Notes: generated from the letters alone by a model not told the origin. A DNA stretch of 64,000 bases from Tetramitus jugosus (GCA_937625935.1 OW569357.1:62001-126000), one strand, 5' to 3'; counted from the stretch's first letter, positions 32,529-43,359 are shown. Made by a program: numbers and translations.

Positions 32529-34590
32529 ATGGGTAGACATAAGAGAGAAAAGAGTGTAAAGGTGTTCAAGAAGCAGAAGGCCCACAAACAGGTTGACTTT
32601 GAGGATCCAAATGATCCAAAGCATATCAGTCCTATCATGGTCTGGTGGTACTTTGGACCAGAGAATTTGCTACTGTTGTGCGGAGCAGTTGGTGCTGCAG
32701 GTCATGGCTGTGTTGCTATTCTATTGTTTATGCTGTTGGGTGATATGATTGATGGAATGAATAAGTCTGGAGCTTTTTCTTCCTCGGCTATTGTCACTCA
32801 AGCTACGGTTGTTAAAGCTACAGCTCTTTCGAGTAATGTGATGAATTCGCTAGCAAAGAAGATGTCCTATGTTGCAGTAGGTGCTTTCGTTGCTTGCGTT
32901 TTGCACTTTTTCTTCTTCCATTTGGCTCATGGTCGGATGGGAACTCGTCTCAAGAAGGCGTACTTTGACTCGCTGATGAACCAGGAAATTGGCTACTTTG
33001 ATATGAAGAGAACTGGTCAATTGATCAACGACATGACTGAAAATATGGAGTTGATTCAAGAAACCTACACAAACAAGTTGGGTGATCTAGCCATGTTCTT
33101 AACTCAGATTCTTTTTGGATTTATCATGGCTCTTTGCGCTGGATGGAAGATGGCTCTGGTTATGATGTCTTTCCTTCCGCTGATTGTGATCTTGTTCGCG
33201 ATTGCTGGTGTGGGTGTGACATTTGCTCAAAAGTGGAGTAATCATATCAATGGTCAAGCTGCAAACATTTCAAACGAAGTGGTCAGTTCAATGAGAACCA
33301 TTAGATCCATGGACGGAGAAGAGAGAGAAAAGAAACGATTCTTTGAGAAGTTGCTCGAAATTCACAAGGTCTACTTCTTCAAGGCTTCCATTGTTGCTTG
33401 CACGGTTCCACTAGCAATCTTCATTAATTACGGTGATATTGCATTTGGATTCTGGTATGGTGGTACTCTAGTGGTCAAGGGAGAGATGACAATTGGTAAA
33501 ATGTTCCAAGTCTACGGCTATCTATTGATGAGTGTCATCGGTATTGCGAATGCATTGAAGATTGCACCAGAGTTTGGTAAGGCTTCACAGAATATCAAAG
33601 ATCTGTTGAAGGTTGTCAAAAGACATCCAATCCTCCGAAACAGTGGAGGAATTCAACCTGAAAAGATTGTTGGACATATTGAGTTTAAGGGAGTTACCTT
33701 CTCTTATCCAACAAGACCAAATGTTCAAGTTCTCAAGGATTTCAATCTCACTATCCACCCTGGTCAAGCCGTTGCTCTGGTGGGTGCTTCGGGATCTGGA
33801 AAGGTATGTTCATTTTTTGTACTTGATCTTTGTTTGCTGAACAAATGTATTAACACCAAATTGTATTCCAAAGTCTACCATCGTTGGATTGATCGAGAAG
33901 TACTACCAGGCAGATTCTGGTCAGATTCTGTTGGATGGTGTTGATTTGAATGAAATTGATCCAAGATGGTTGCACAGAAACATTGGTATTGTCACTCAAG
34001 AACCAACTCTGTTTGCTTCCTCAATTAGAGATAATATTCTTTACGCAGTCCAACAATCCGGAAGAGAAATGACTGAGCAAGATGTGATTGATGCCGCTAT
34101 TGCAGCCAACGCTCATGATTTCATCATGGCACTTCCTGATGGATACAACACAATGTTAGGTGAGCGTGGTGTTTCCATGTCTGGTGGTCAGAAGCAACGT
34201 ATTGCTATTGCAAGAGCTATGATCCAAGATCCAAAGCTATTGCTTCTTGATGAGGCTACGAGTGCTCTGGATACTCAATCCGAATCTATTGTACAGGAAG
34301 CATTGAACAAGCTCATGGAAGGAAGAACATCAATCATCATTGCCCACAGATTGTCCACAGTCATTGATTCTGATGTCATTGTTGTCATGAACAAGGGTGA
34401 GATCAAGGAAATTGGTACTCACTTAGAATTGGTTAACATGCCTGATGGATACTACAGAAAACTGGCTTCCAAGCAAATGTTGCTCCCAGGAGGACCTTCT
34501 GCTTCGCAATCTTCTTCTGATGGTGAATCTGCATCAGAGTCGTCAGATGATGAAGGAGAGGATGACATCAAGATTGATATTAAAGAGTAA
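32529..34590 (+). CDS. ABCB-family half transporter (TMD-NBD), 663 aa, 2 exons
   Basis: Multi-helix TMD. Walker A GASGSGK|ST is split by intron 33804-33873 (GTATGT...AAG). Q-loop VTQEP, signature MSGGQKQRIAIARA, Walker B LLLLDEATSALD, H-loop IAHRLST. Confidence 0.93.
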
Positions 34591-34909
34591 TCTGACAATC
34601 CCTGCATAGTGCCACTAGGGGAGCACATTGGAACCATCAACAAACAACAACTTACAGCAGTTGAGACAATTTTGCCAACCATTACTACAACACCGACAAA
34701 TAAACTGATTGGAGTCAAAACCTGAAAAGGAAACGCGTTGAACTTTTTGTTTTTTCTTTACAACCTCGGCTCAACTTTGCTCAAAAAAACTGTAGTTCGT
34801 GCATCAATGATTCTTCCGCGTTGCTTTTTTAAGAGCTCTCACATCAAAATCTGATCGAGACACAACAAACAACAATAAAAGACAATAACCAAGATAACAA
34901 GAAGCCATC

Positions 34910-36949
34910 ATGTCATCCTACGTACAGACTTCCAAGGATTACCTCAAGGACTATGCCAACTATTACTTTGATAGTGTAAAGTCTCAGATTTGGCAACAAC
35001 CTTCAACAGTTGAAGCTAGAGCTGACATCAAGGAAGGAGGCGCTTTCGATTGGTTGTGGAGTCAAGTCAAGAGTCATCCCTTCCTTTCTGTGAGCATTGG
35101 TTCTTATGTCACATTGGCGGCAATTAAAAAAGTGACCGCCAGAATTTACTGCCACAACACGGTTTTGGAGCTTGATCTGTCAACGGCTATTCTGACTGAT
35201 AAGCCTGTTTCTCCGTTGATGAAATTGACGCAGCCAAATGCGATTTGGTACATGGATCTCATTGAAGCTCTTAAAATTGCGGAGAGTGACGAAAAGATCA
35301 AGGGATTAGTTGTAAAGTATGGTCAAGGCAACGGTTTTAGTGAAAAACTCGGATTGGGCCAAATGAATGAATTGCGAGCCGCTTTGGTGGCTTTTGGTGC
35401 CAAAAAGCCAACTGTTGCTTACGGCAGTCATCTTGGCTTAGCTTCTGCAAACTCAATCAAGAGTACCAGTGAGTACTATTTGTTGAGTGCATGTAAGAAG
35501 GTGTATATAGTTCCAACAGGTTTGATTCTGTTGCCTGGTTTCTACTTGGATCATCCATTCTTGAAGAAGACACTGGATAAGCTCGAGCTCTCCTTCCAAG
35601 GTTTCAAGAGAGAGGAATACAAGACGAGTCTCAACATTTTTACTGAGGACAAGTTTGATGAACACCATAGAAAACAAACAGAGACATTGTTGAATGGCCT
35701 GAGACAAAAAATTGTGTCTGATATTGCTGAGAGCAGAGGTGTTGCTCCTGATTATGTGGAATCCTGGTTCGAAAAGGGATTCATAGAGGCTGAAGAGGCA
35801 CACAATGTCAAGATTGTCGATGGCTTAAAGTACAGAGATCAAGTGTACGATGAGATGAAGTCTGAAATGAACATTGACGCTCAAGCAAAGCCACATTTCC
35901 TCTTTTTGACTTCATATTTGGAGAAGAAGAAGAGAATGTTCCAGAAGGGCAAGCAAGTTGCACTCGTGTTTGCAGAAGGTCCTATCACAAGTGGTGAAGA
36001 CAAACAATCCTTTTGGAACATGGGAGAATCACACGAGATTCATGCAGAAACCCTGGCTGCTCGTTTGAGATGTATCAGAAAGGATAAGAAAATTGCTGCA
36101 GTTGTTTTGCGTGTGGAGTCACCTGGTGGCGATGCGATGGCAAGTGATGTCATTAGCAGAGAGGTTGAACTATTGAGAAAGGCAGGAAAGAAGGTTGTTG
36201 TCTCTATGGGTAGCGTCGCAGCTAGTGGTGGGTATTGGATCTCTGCTAAAGCAGACAGAATTGTCTGTAATCCATTGGCAATCACTGGTTCCATTGGTGT
36301 ATTGATGGGCAAGTTCAACACGAGACAATTCTGGGGTGACAAGTTGGGTGTCACCTTTGACAGCACACAGACAAACAAGAATGCCGAAATATTGAGCAAT
36401 ATTCACTCATTCAACGAGGAACAAACAGACATCATGAACCAAAGTATCGATATGTTTTATGATAAGTTTAAGCGCCACGTAGCCGAAGGTAGAGGCCTTG
36501 ATGTGGAGCGAGTCGCCGAGATTGCCAAGGGTCAAATATACCTTGGAGAGGCCGCGCACGAGATTGGTCTAGTTGACAAGGTTGGAGGTCTCATGGATGC
36601 CATTAAACTTGCTGGAGAACTCATCGGAGCAGAAGAAGGAGCAATTAAGCTCGTTTTATATCCAAAGAAACACAATCTAGCTCAACAACTGCTCAAGGAG
36701 TTTGCAAAGCCTGATAATAGCGAAAAGAGAGAGCAACAATTGGCATCTTCCTCTATTTCTGCTACGCTCTTCTCCTCATTGTCTCAACTCTTTGGATTCA
36801 CACAGTTTGTTCAAAGAGTCTCCAGTATGTTTGGTGGCTCCGCAGTTCTTGGTCAGCAAGCATCACTGATCTCAAGTGTTAGAATGCTCCACTCCAATTC
36901 CAATGTATTGACATATGATCCAACTGTGTCTCTATTCAGTTCAAACTGA
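34910..36949 (+). CDS. sppA: Signal peptide peptidase SppA (protease IV, S49, two-domain 67-kDa type)
   Basis: Tandem S49 domains. EEYKT carries the catalytic Lys. VVLRVESPGG, VVVSMGSVAASGGYWIS (catalytic Ser), ITGSIGV, IAKGQIYLGEAAHEIGLVD. Confidence 0.9.
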   Translation: MSSYVQTSKDYLKDYANYYFDSVKSQIWQQPSTVEARADIKEGGAFDWLWSQVKSHPFLSVSIGSYVTLAAIKKVTARIYCHNTVLELDLSTAILTDKPVSPLMKLTQPNAIWYMDLIEALKIAESDEKIKGLVVKYGQGNGFSEKLGLGQMNELRAALVAFGAKKPTVAYGSHLGLASANSIKSTSEYYLLSACKKVYIVPTGLILLPGFYLDHPFLKKTLDKLELSFQGFKREEYKTSLNIFTEDKFDEHHRKQTETLLNGLRQKIVSDIAESRGVAPDYVESWFEKGFIEAEEAHNVKIVDGLKYRDQVYDEMKSEMNIDAQAKPHFLFLTSYLEKKKRMFQKGKQVALVFAEGPITSGEDKQSFWNMGESHEIHAETLAARLRCIRKDKKIAAVVLRVESPGGDAMASDVISREVELLRKAGKKVVVSMGSVAASGGYWISAKADRIVCNPLAITGSIGVLMGKFNTRQFWGDKLGVTFDSTQTNKNAEILSNIHSFNEEQTDIMNQSIDMFYDKFKRHVAEGRGLDVERVAEIAKGQIYLGEAAHEIGLVDKVGGLMDAIKLAGELIGAEEGAIKLVLYPKKHNLAQQLLKEFAKPDNSEKREQQLASSSISATLFSSLSQLFGFTQFVQRVSSMFGGSAVLGQQASLISSVRMLHSNSNVLTYDPTVSLFSSN

Positions 36950-37005
36950 TTGTACAGACAGTTGAAAGTTGATAATTCTTTTATCCATCAACAATAAATA
37001 AACTT

Positions 37006-38526
37006 TTACCGCTTTGTCAGATGTGAACTGATCAGTCTTTTGAAGAAGTCATAAATACTCATAATCCATGCAAACAGGAGACTCACAAGAGTTAAAGATT
37101 GATTTGAATCGGTGGTTTTGCTTGCAAGAAGTGGCTTTTCTTTGCTCATGAGTTCAAGTTCAGAGTTCTCTGCAACTGCAAGCAGCTTACGCATTCGTTG
37201 TACAACTTCCTTCTCGGTCTCACCTGGCAGCACATAATCACAGAAACCAGCTTGTCCAGATATGAATACTCTGTGAGGGAAATCGAGAACTAACACTCGT
37301 TTTTGATTGTTCGCCAATAAATTCCACTCGCCAGTTATTAATTCATTCTTTGTTGGTAAAGGCTTAGACATGAGACCGGCATACTCCTTGTTTGATGAAT
37401 GCTCTATATGGGTACAGAACAGATCAAATCGATTCATTACACTCGAAATGATATCCTTCTTCAATTGTTTAACCACAAAGTCGACAGTTGTTTTGTTAGG
37501 CACAACGGGAATCATGGTATGAAGCAGTTGCTTCAATTGAATAGAGCACATTGCTTGACCCACGTGCGCACTTGTTTCGTGTGGCATTGATTGAGTCCAC
37601 TTATGAACCATCAATTGAATTGAATCGCTTTCTTCATCCGCTGCTGTGATGATCGCACTTGTGTCACCTTCCCTGAGCACACGATTACCATTCATCACAA
37701 ACATGCTATTTCCCTTGTTTTGCTTGGAAGAGAACAACAAATTGTGAAACCAATTTTCAATGGAATTGGCACATACATCACCCAACAGCAACGAAACATT
37801 CTTGTCCTCTTCATTTGTCGCAGCAAACACTGGTATGTTCACATTGAGATCACAAACACAGTTCAATGTCTTGCAATTCACTCCTGTAATCACCTTTAGT
37901 GATACATTGTCAACAATATTACACTTGACTTGCTTACTTGCAACTCGTTGATCCAACAGAGCTGCTTGCAGTTCATATCTCTTACAAAACGCAACCGACA
38001 ACTTCTTTTGTTTCTCGTCCGTTGCAATTACATCTCCACTTGCGCTGCTCATCAGATGCACGTGCAACAAGCTCTGGCTTTCACTAGAATTGAGCGAGCG
38101 AGAAGAATCTTGTTGCTGTTGTTGCAACACTTGTTGTTCAGTCTTGATCACTTCCAGGGCTTTTCTCATGTGCAATTGCATGACATCACTTCTCTTGTTC
38201 ACTTGTTCCGTATCACCATGAGTGTACAGACCTACAATCGTGTAGGAACAGGCTATGAGTGGAAACACTTGGGATAGGAACTGGGTGATATGATCAGAGG
38301 AGACATTGGCAAACGACTGATAACATGCATGAACCACATTTTTCCGTTCAGTCTGTGTCTGTTGTTGTGGCGTTGATGGAGGACGAATGGACAACAGTCT
38401 TGTGATCATGAAATCATGGTTGTTTTGTTCGAGTGCGATCAGAAGGCCAATGTCAAACTTTGTCTGATTGGAGATCGAGTGTTGCAAATGTTGATCGAGT
38501 GCATGCTTATCGATCGTTAGTTTCAT
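37006..38526 (-). CDS. ODR4: ODR-4-like ER membrane protein
   Basis: First plausible ATG at 38526 (the longer ORF overlaps the upstream gene). IGLLIA...RPP N-terminal block, LKKDIISSVMNRFDLFC, FPHRVF...FCDYVLPGET...RMRKLL, and a C-terminal hydrophobic anchor. Confidence 0.72.
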   Translation of the reverse strand: MKLTIDKHALDQHLQHSISNQTKFDIGLLIALEQNNHDFMITRLLSIRPPSTPQQQTQTERKNVVHACYQSFANVSSDHITQFLSQVFPLIACSYTIVGLYTHGDTEQVNKRSDVMQLHMRKALEVIKTEQQVLQQQQQDSSRSLNSSESQSLLHVHLMSSASGDVIATDEKQKKLSVAFCKRYELQAALLDQRVASKQVKCNIVDNVSLKVITGVNCKTLNCVCDLNVNIPVFAATNEEDKNVSLLLGDVCANSIENWFHNLLFSSKQNKGNSMFVMNGNRVLREGDTSAIITAADEESDSIQLMVHKWTQSMPHETSAHVGQAMCSIQLKQLLHTMIPVVPNKTTVDFVVKQLKKDIISSVMNRFDLFCTHIEHSSNKEYAGLMSKPLPTKNELITGEWNLLANNQKRVLVLDFPHRVFISGQAGFCDYVLPGETEKEVVQRMRKLLAVAENSELELMSKEKPLLASKTTDSNQSLTLVSLLFAWIMSIYDFFKRLISSHLTKR

Positions 38527-38606
38527 TATGACACTCGCGAGGGTGATCAGACGTGTGCTTTTTTTATTGTCGTTTCGAAACAGAAATTTCAGGTGAAGAG
38601 TTGTTG

Positions 38607-40208
38607 TTACTTCTTGACAATTCCTCTCGTCTGGTGCAACTTCTTCTTCACAATCAGAGCTTCCTTCTTCCATTGCTTTTCTTGTTGCTTGAATTGCTCT
38701 TCATTCACTGCCATCTTCTTGTTCATCTCATCAATCTTCTCCTGCAAGTCCTGGATCTTCTGCTTGTAGGCTTTACTGTCTGACACCTTTGACTTCTCCA
38801 TGATATCAACCTTCTTCTCTAGTGCTTCAATAACAGTGTCCTTTTCTGACAGAGAAATATCTCTTTCGAAGCTGAGTTTTCTCAACTCTTCAACATCCCG
38901 TTGCAATAGATCGTAGAGCTCTTCGGCGACGAAATCTGCTTGATCTTCGTTAGTTGTCATAATCTCAGATTGTTCTTTGGATACACTATCATCCTCATTG
39001 AACTCAAGAGATGCAGCAACAGAAGTATTGGAAGACTTTGGAATCCTCAAAACCTTATCGAGTTTTGTTTCCTTGAGAGCTTGAGTAATGTTTGACAAGC
39101 GTTGTTGATAAGATTCAATCTTCTTATCTTGAATCTTGATCGTTCGTTCGTGAATGGAAATCTTTTCAAGATATGTTTTAAGTTGACTCTGGAGGAATCG
39201 CTTATCTCCTTCCAAAGATTTCAAAGGAATAGTGTCTCTTTCATTTACAATCTTATCCATCTCCTTCTCCTTCTTTTCTATTGATCTCTTGGCAACCTTC
39301 AATTCCATCTTCAATCTCTCCATCTCCTTGTTGGTCTGTAAGCCCTTTCTCTGTTGATCTTTGTACATTTCCTCTTCAGTTCTCAAAGTTTCTATTTCTT
39401 CGTTCAATTTCTCGATCGTTTTCGTTTTCATTCTGCTAATCTCTTGAAGAGTTCGGATTTCCTTTTGAGCCTTCTCCAACTGAATTACAAGATCAGCATT
39501 CTTGGACTCGATCTCGTATGCCTTATCTCTCTTGAACTCTCCAGACTTTAGGCTCTCTTCTAGTTTCTCTATGGCTTGATTCTTCTTGTTCATCATGGCT
39601 TTAAGGGTATGAATCTCACTCTCCAATGTACCGATACACACATTCTTCAACTTAACTTCATTCTCAAGGGCCACAATTCTGTCTAAGGACTCTTCTGGCA
39701 ACACAATGTTAGTTCTATTCTTGTTGTCACTACCAACCTTTTTCTTAGTTGGAAAGTTAGATATTTCTTCTAAAGCTTTCTTCTCTGCTTTCAAATTCTT
39801 GATTTGATTTTCTTTCATACGGAGAGAATCCTTGATCTTTCCTATTTGCTCCACATGACTCTCATTCTCTAGAGTTGTTTTTGTGAGAATAACATCCTTG
39901 CTCCTCACAATCTTGTCCAGGACTGACTTTTCATTTTGCAAGCGGTCATACTTTTCTTTCAAAGTTTTCATGTTGTTCTCTAGTCTTACATATTTTGCAA
40001 ACAATTCTTGGGAAGGAGACACGCTGATTTGAGAAGGTTGGTCCACAGCATCATGAGATTTGAGATCATCCTCAATCTCATCATCTGTATCGTATCGATG
40101 CTCATTCTTTTCAGGACTCAATTCCTCAGTGAGATGAGTAGAGGTTTCTTCTTCTGCGTCCTCCACAACAAACTCCTCTTCAGTGTTGTTCTCTTCAACG
40201 TTAGGCAT
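38607..40208 (-). CDS. Coiled-coil protein resembling the MAP70 microtubule-associated protein family
   Basis: Colinear MAP70-like blocks: KNADLVIQLEKAQKEIRTLQEISRMKTKTIEKL; IPLKSLEGDKRFLQSQL...EKISIHERTIK; LYDLLQRDVEELRK...ERDISLSEKDTVIEALEKKVDIMEK. Confidence 0.68.
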   Translation of the reverse strand: MPNVEENNTEEEFVVEDAEEETSTHLTEELSPEKNEHRYDTDDEIEDDLKSHDAVDQPSQISVSPSQELFAKYVRLENNMKTLKEKYDRLQNEKSVLDKIVRSKDVILTKTTLENESHVEQIGKIKDSLRMKENQIKNLKAEKKALEEISNFPTKKKVGSDNKNRTNIVLPEESLDRIVALENEVKLKNVCIGTLESEIHTLKAMMNKKNQAIEKLEESLKSGEFKRDKAYEIESKNADLVIQLEKAQKEIRTLQEISRMKTKTIEKLNEEIETLRTEEEMYKDQQRKGLQTNKEMERLKMELKVAKRSIEKKEKEMDKIVNERDTIPLKSLEGDKRFLQSQLKTYLEKISIHERTIKIQDKKIESYQQRLSNITQALKETKLDKVLRIPKSSNTSVAASLEFNEDDSVSKEQSEIMTTNEDQADFVAEELYDLLQRDVEELRKLSFERDISLSEKDTVIEALEKKVDIMEKSKVSDSKAYKQKIQDLQEKIDEMNKKMAVNEEQFKQQEKQWKKEALIVKKKLHQTRGIVKK

Positions 40209-40464
40209 TGTTTCTATTGTTGTTTCTGAGGGAATGGTCAGTACTCTTGATTTTCACTTGTGAACTTGTGATTGTGAATCAAAAACTGAACGATAGCTTT
40301 TGCGACTTGAGAAAAATGTTGTAAAATGAATTTTGGCCGTTTAATCCGTCGTAGGTCCATGTCTCACGCGGGAAAGATTCGACAAACTTAAACAGATTGT
40401 TCCAACAAGCAGGAAAATTTCCAGAATCTCCCGTCGGACCTTGACACATACAAGCAAAGAAGCA

Positions 40465-41811
40465 ATGAGAGACAACAACACAGGTACTGCGACTACATCC
40501 CTTGGGTCCGAGAGTGTCGGCCAACCCCTTGACCAATTCATGAAAGTGATCAAAGAACAATTGACTGCACAAAAGCAGTCCAATTGTCATTACTCCGACA
40601 ATGCCTATTCGACGCCTCATCTCAAGGTAGAGCTATTGAGCAATGGTACTCTATGGTTTGTTCTGAATCGAGCCAAGAATCTCAATTCAATGACCATTGA
40701 CATGTATCAATCACTGATTTTCTCTGTTGTGAGTGGCATTTTCGATGCAAGAGTCAAGTGCTTTGTTCTTTGCTCTGACTCTGCAAAGATTTTCTGTGCG
40801 GGTGGTGATATCAAGAATTTGAGTCCCTATAATCCCAATGTCAAGCAATATGCACCCTATTTTAGCACTTTGGAGTTTAATTTCCCTCATTTGGTGAATC
40901 AGTTGAGTTTGGAGCACAGGAAACCGTTCTTGTGCATGTTGCAGGGCACTGTGATTGGAGGAGCTCAGTCCCTGTACAGTGGAGCGACCTATCGTATCGC
41001 TAATCGAGAAAACTTCTCTGTTTCATTGCCAGAGACGAGAAATGGACTGTTGGGCGTTGTTTTCTTTGCACGTCGACGTACGATTAGCCTACCATTGTTG
41101 TGCTACTATGTGTTGACAAGTACGACCATTGGGCCATTGGATGCAATGATCAATGGACACATCAATCAAGTCACAAGAAATGACGAGTCATTCAATCAGT
41201 TACTTGCAGAGCTCAGAGCAAAGAACTGGGGAAATGATGCATGTACAGAGATTGAACAACTGGTGCAAAAGGCTTGTCTCTCGGGTAGGGAATTGGAGCA
41301 ACAAATTTCTCTTTCCTATTTTGCCAAGATATGCCCAATTGTCGAACAGACATTCGACGAGGAAAGTGTATTTCAAATTATTGAAAACTTGAAGAGGAAG
41401 CTGAGAGATACGAGCAGCCTTGATCCTTTGACGCGGTCATTCTGTGAGAAAACCTTGCACGCTCTGTACAATATGTCACCAATAGCTCTGCTACTCACAC
41501 ACAAACTACTCACAGAGTACATGATGAGGAATGAAACGAGCATCAGATCACATTGCATTCCGTACTCTGTTGCTCTCGGTCGATTTTCCAACTACCTATT
41601 CACAGGATCTGATTTCAAGGAAGCTGTCAAACACATTCTCATTACAAAAACAAGAAACGAGAGACCAGAGTGGCAACCATGGAAAAGCATTCAAGAAGCT
41701 GACCCCAACACTGCACAACAAATGGTGGAAGATCTAATGAGGAACCCACTTTCTATTGGTAGTGACTTCAACGATCAATGTCCCACCTTCCTTAACTACA
41801 CATGCATATAA
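40465..41811 (+). CDS. Divergent HIBCH-like crotonase-fold protein
   Basis: LNRAKNLNSMT, FCAGGDIK, GTVIGGA, SLPETRNG, SPIALLLT, SDFKEAVKHILITK...PEW.P. First ATG at 40465. Confidence 0.8.
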   Translation: MRDNNTGTATTSLGSESVGQPLDQFMKVIKEQLTAQKQSNCHYSDNAYSTPHLKVELLSNGTLWFVLNRAKNLNSMTIDMYQSLIFSVVSGIFDARVKCFVLCSDSAKIFCAGGDIKNLSPYNPNVKQYAPYFSTLEFNFPHLVNQLSLEHRKPFLCMLQGTVIGGAQSLYSGATYRIANRENFSVSLPETRNGLLGVVFFARRRTISLPLLCYYVLTSTTIGPLDAMINGHINQVTRNDESFNQLLAELRAKNWGNDACTEIEQLVQKACLSGRELEQQISLSYFAKICPIVEQTFDEESVFQIIENLKRKLRDTSSLDPLTRSFCEKTLHALYNMSPIALLLTHKLLTEYMMRNETSIRSHCIPYSVALGRFSNYLFTGSDFKEAVKHILITKTRNERPEWQPWKSIQEADPNTAQQMVEDLMRNPLSIGSDFNDQCPTFLNYTCI

Positions 41812-41945
41812 ATTATATATAATTAACGAGCACACTTCCTCATCGTGCTTGAACTTTGATCACCACCAAAAAATTTTCTTCCTCGCACAAAAATCCAACA
41901 GTAACAACAAGTGTGATCACCAAGAGAACTGTTGTACAACGCATA

Positions 41946-43343
41946 ATGCAACCAACCACCACCAACAACAACAACCAACTCAACTACAATGAACCCTACT
42001 GGTCACCCAAATCCTCCAAACCAAAATTTTCCTACCATCTCGAAATCATCAAAGATGGTCAACTATTGAACGAAACCATACCTCTTGACGAACACTCGTA
42101 CTACTTGTTTGGTCGAAATCCAACATTTACTACTAGTAGTGGTGGTACAGTTCAACTCGATCATCCATCCATCTCTAGACACCATGCCATTATTCAACAT
42201 GCAAGCAACGGCAGAGTCTACTTGATTGATTTGAGTTCGACTCATGGAACGTTTTGGAATTCGAGAGTCAATCATCGATTGAGACCCATGCGTTATGTTC
42301 CGTTGAAGCTCAATGATCGAATCTTGTTTGGTGAGTCGACACGATCGTATGTGTTGCGCGTCTCTCGTCCAGAGGAAGAAAATGTGGTGATGCAGTTGGA
42401 ACGTTCACTGTATGAGGCATCTCAGGTGCTTGATGAACAACAAAAATTGAAAATGTTGAATGAGAAAAAGACCAACAGTAGTAACAGTAGTAAAACGAGA
42501 AAACGAAAGATGAATGTCTTGTTGGAGAGTAGTGGTAGTAGAAGATGGGGAGAGACATATGATGAAAATGATGGTGGAGGTGATGATGATGATGATAAAG
42601 TGGATTTGAGTTTGGATCCGGATGATGATGATCATCAACGGCACAAGCGACTGAGAATTGAAGAGCAAGTAGGTGTGGTTGACAGTGTGTTTGATGAAGA
42701 TGATGACTTTTTTGATCGAACACAAAGCAAGAAGGCAAAGAGTAGTAGTAGTAGTAGTAGTAGTAGTTTGATTGAAAAGAGTTCAGAAAAGGTGGAAACG
42801 TTACAGTCACTCACTGAGCAACAACAATCCGTGTATGGAGAGTTGTTTACACTGAAGAAGCAACAGCAACAGTTGGAACTAGAGTTGGCCAAGACAGAGA
42901 AGGACGCAAAAACAGCAGAAGACTCTGAAAAGGACGAACTAGAAATGTTTATGAGTGATCTTGATAAGAATTTGAGGAGTGAAACAAGGGTGCAATTGGA
43001 CTCCATGCAGAAACGCATTGATGAATTGGAAAAGTGGAATAATGATCTGACAGAGTTGATCCGTATGGCTACACCTGCCAATCCCAATATGCAGACAAAG
43101 GATGAGAAGACTGCTGAAATTGAACGTGATCGATTGCACAAGGACATGTTCTTCCAAACAGTAGCCCGTAAACCGGCACCTGTTCAAGCTCCAAAAGACG
43201 AAGCATCGATCCAACCAAAGCCTTCTCCTGTATTGAGACAGACAACTGAGAAGAAGAAACCAATTATTTATGGAGCTCCTTTAGATTCTAATTTGAATAG
43301 TCATGCACTGACTCGAGACCAGAGTAGGAATATGGAAGAATAA
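41946..43343 (+). CDS. SLC4A1AP: Kanadaptin-like FHA + coiled-coil protein
   Basis: YNEPYWS, FHA domain (YYLFGR...HPSISRHHAIIQH...IDLSSTHGTF.N...FGESTRSY), DEDDDFFDRT, ETLQSL, DELEMFMSDL. Confidence 0.75.
   Translation: MQPTTTNNNNQLNYNEPYWSPKSSKPKFSYHLEIIKDGQLLNETIPLDEHSYYLFGRNPTFTTSSGGTVQLDHPSISRHHAIIQHASNGRVYLIDLSSTHGTFWNSRVNHRLRPMRYVPLKLNDRILFGESTRSYVLRVSRPEEENVVMQLERSLYEASQVLDEQQKLKMLNEKKTNSSNSSKTRKRKMNVLLESSGSRRWGETYDENDGGGDDDDDKVDLSLDPDDDDHQRHKRLRIEEQVGVVDSVFDEDDDFFDRTQSKKAKSSSSSSSSSLIEKSSEKVETLQSLTEQQQSVYGELFTLKKQQQQLELELAKTEKDAKTAEDSEKDELEMFMSDLDKNLRSETRVQLDSMQKRIDELEKWNNDLTELIRMATPANPNMQTKDEKTAEIERDRLHKDMFFQTVARKPAPVQAPKDEASIQPKPSPVLRQTTEKKKPIIYGAPLDSNLNSHALTRDQSRNMEE
42741..42767 (+). 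repeat. (AGT)9 coding microsatellite (poly-Ser)
   Basis: Perfect agt run inside the kanadaptin-like CDS. Confidence 0.85.
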
Positions 43344-43359
43344 CGGAGGAGGAACTTTT

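Noticed and set aside
38526-38673. Apparent coding overlap of the ODR4 ORF with the MAP70-like gene
   Set aside because: ODR4 similarity begins at Met 38526. The upstream in-frame extension is most simply incidental.
40366-40374. E2F-like sites (CGCGGGAAA here, TTGGCGCG near 61581, TTTCCCGC near 49587)
   Set aside because: Single short matches next to genes not clearly cell-cycle related; cannot be separated from chance without genome-wide statistics.
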